Below are positions 15,259-16,132 of a DNA stretch of 16,132 nt, piece after piece; within the stretch, counting starts at the first letter, position 1, and each line of letters starts with the position of its first letter. The stretch covers positions 1 through 16,132 of the forward strand of contig JBAXBA010000082.1 in NCBI GenBank assembly GCA_037142195.1, given 5' to 3'. The notes under the pieces were generated by a model, which ran no database searches, was not told the DNA's origin, and was given only the letters and a program-made list of their open reading frames with translations. Source of the stretch: Pseudomonadota bacterium (GTDB taxonomy: Bacteria; Bdellovibrionota_B; Oligoflexia; Oligoflexales; CAIMVM01). The position numbers were made by a program, and so were the translations under genes.

Positions 15259-15657
15259 ATGATTAATCCGATTCAAGATTCCTTGGTTAATTTGCAAAAA
15301 GCCAATCAGTCTCTTCGAAATGCTATAAGTACATTGCCTAGAAACGCAGTCATTGTAAGTGCAATAGTTAAAAACTTTGAATTTAATTTTGAGCTTGCCT
15401 GGAAAGCGATGAAGCGACTTCTTTCCCATCATGGGCTGCCAACCTCTACACCTAGGCAAGCCATTGCTGAAACGTTTCGTAAAGGATTTATTGATTCTGA
15501 AGACGTATGGCTTGCCATGATTGAAGATCGAAATCTTACAGTACATACTTACGACGAGGCGTTTGCGATTGAAATGGCCACTAGGATAGAGAATCAGTAC
15601 CTTCCCTTGTTTGACTCGTTTTTGGCATGTTTTGCAAAGGAAGTTGCTAAAATATGA
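15259..15657 (+). CDS. HEPN-domain RNase toxin (HI0074-family nucleotidyltransferase substrate-binding protein)
   Basis: IVKNFEFNFELAWKAMK, TPRQAI, and WLAMIEDRNLTVHTY containing the RX4HXY motif (15529-15552); RBS GAGG. Confidence 0.92.
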   Translation: MINPIQDSLVNLQKANQSLRNAISTLPRNAVIVSAIVKNFEFNFELAWKAMKRLLSHHGLPTSTPRQAIAETFRKGFIDSEDVWLAMIEDRNLTVHTYDEAFAIEMATRIENQYLPLFDSFLACFAKEVAKI

Positions 15658-15950
15658 AGTGCGGTTCGGAAGAAGAACGGATTGTCTTAAGCTGGTTTGC
15701 TTCTCAAGCTTCAAAGGTAACTTGTGCTTCCAAGATTTTGCTTTTTGGCTCGAGGGCTCGGGGCGATGCTGGAGATCGATCTGATTTTGATTTTGCTATT
15801 GATACGCCATTCCCTCAAAAAATCGCGGAATTGCGAGCTATTTTAGAGGATAATCCTTACACACTATTGTCTTTTGATGTTGTGGATTTAAACTCTGTCA
15901 GCCCAGAGTTTCGAAAGCGGATTATTTCTGAGTCCAAACCTATCGTTTAG
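15654..15950 (+). CDS. Minimal nucleotidyltransferase (MNT) antitoxin
   Basis: LFGSRARGDAGDRSDFDFAI fits GSX10DXD; third Asp in FDVVDL; ATGA overlap with the HEPN stop. Confidence 0.92.
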   Translation: MKCGSEEERIVLSWFASQASKVTCASKILLFGSRARGDAGDRSDFDFAIDTPFPQKIAELRAILEDNPYTLLSFDVVDLNSVSPEFRKRIISESKPIV

Positions 15951-16042
15951 TCGACTTTAAACATGAATTACCATTTTGTATTCGCTGTTAAATTTCTTAT
16001 TCATCTTGATAGCCTAATTCTTGTTCAGCCTAGCACTGAGGG

Positions 16043-16132
16043 CTAATTCAAGTTCGGGTCTTCCGCAGAATTAGTGAGTGCTTTTAGGTAAAATGTCTGC
16101 GAGTTCCCCGAAAGCCATTGTTCACCATAGAG
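16043..16132 (-). CDS. Possible 3' end of a gene entering from beyond the window
   Basis: Open minus-strand frame LYGEQWLSGNSQTFYLKALTNSAEDPNLN* runs from the window edge, convergent with MNT. Too short to identify. Confidence 0.3.
   Translation of the reverse strand, partial: LYGEQWLSGNSQTFYLKALTNSAEDPNLN

Noticed and set aside
15223..15714. 163-aa minus-strand ORF
   Set aside because: Antisense shadow of the HEPN gene.
1..16132. CRISPR array, integron attC array, IS element or integrase gene
   Set aside because: No regularly spaced repeats, attC-like sites, terminal inverted repeats, or transposase/recombinase motifs were found by eye.

Overview
Bacterial chromosomal window with two zones. 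The host is tentatively Bdellovibrionota/Oligoflexia-like, judged only from the style of its secreted hypothetical proteins. Zone 1 (about 1-12.2 kb) is mostly housekeeping: a two-domain c-type cytochrome-like lipoprotein, a Cys/Met-metabolism PLP enzyme, a beta-carbonic anhydrase, ilvE with a strong terminator, three exported hypothetical proteins (one DUF2141-like), a small-type transaldolase, and a type 2 isoleucyl-tRNA synthetase with the non-canonical GIHH motif. Zone 2 (from tRNA-Cys(GCA) at 12200-12274 to the end) is an accessory integration hotspot. An exact 27-bp copy of the tRNA 3' end at 13872-13898 delimits a 1624-bp integrase-less islet carrying one secreted HExxH metallopeptidase-like gene. 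It is followed by a probably frameshifted secreted protein, a frameshifted PIN-partner gene, a deletion scar joining the 3' ends of a PIN toxin and a serine hydrolase, and an intact HEPN-MNT toxin-antitoxin pair. I cannot claim a confirmed novel system. The best leads are the single-gene tRNA-Cys islet, the GIHH IleRS2 and the unusual diheme lipoprotein. All family assignments come from motif recognition by eye; no searches were run.
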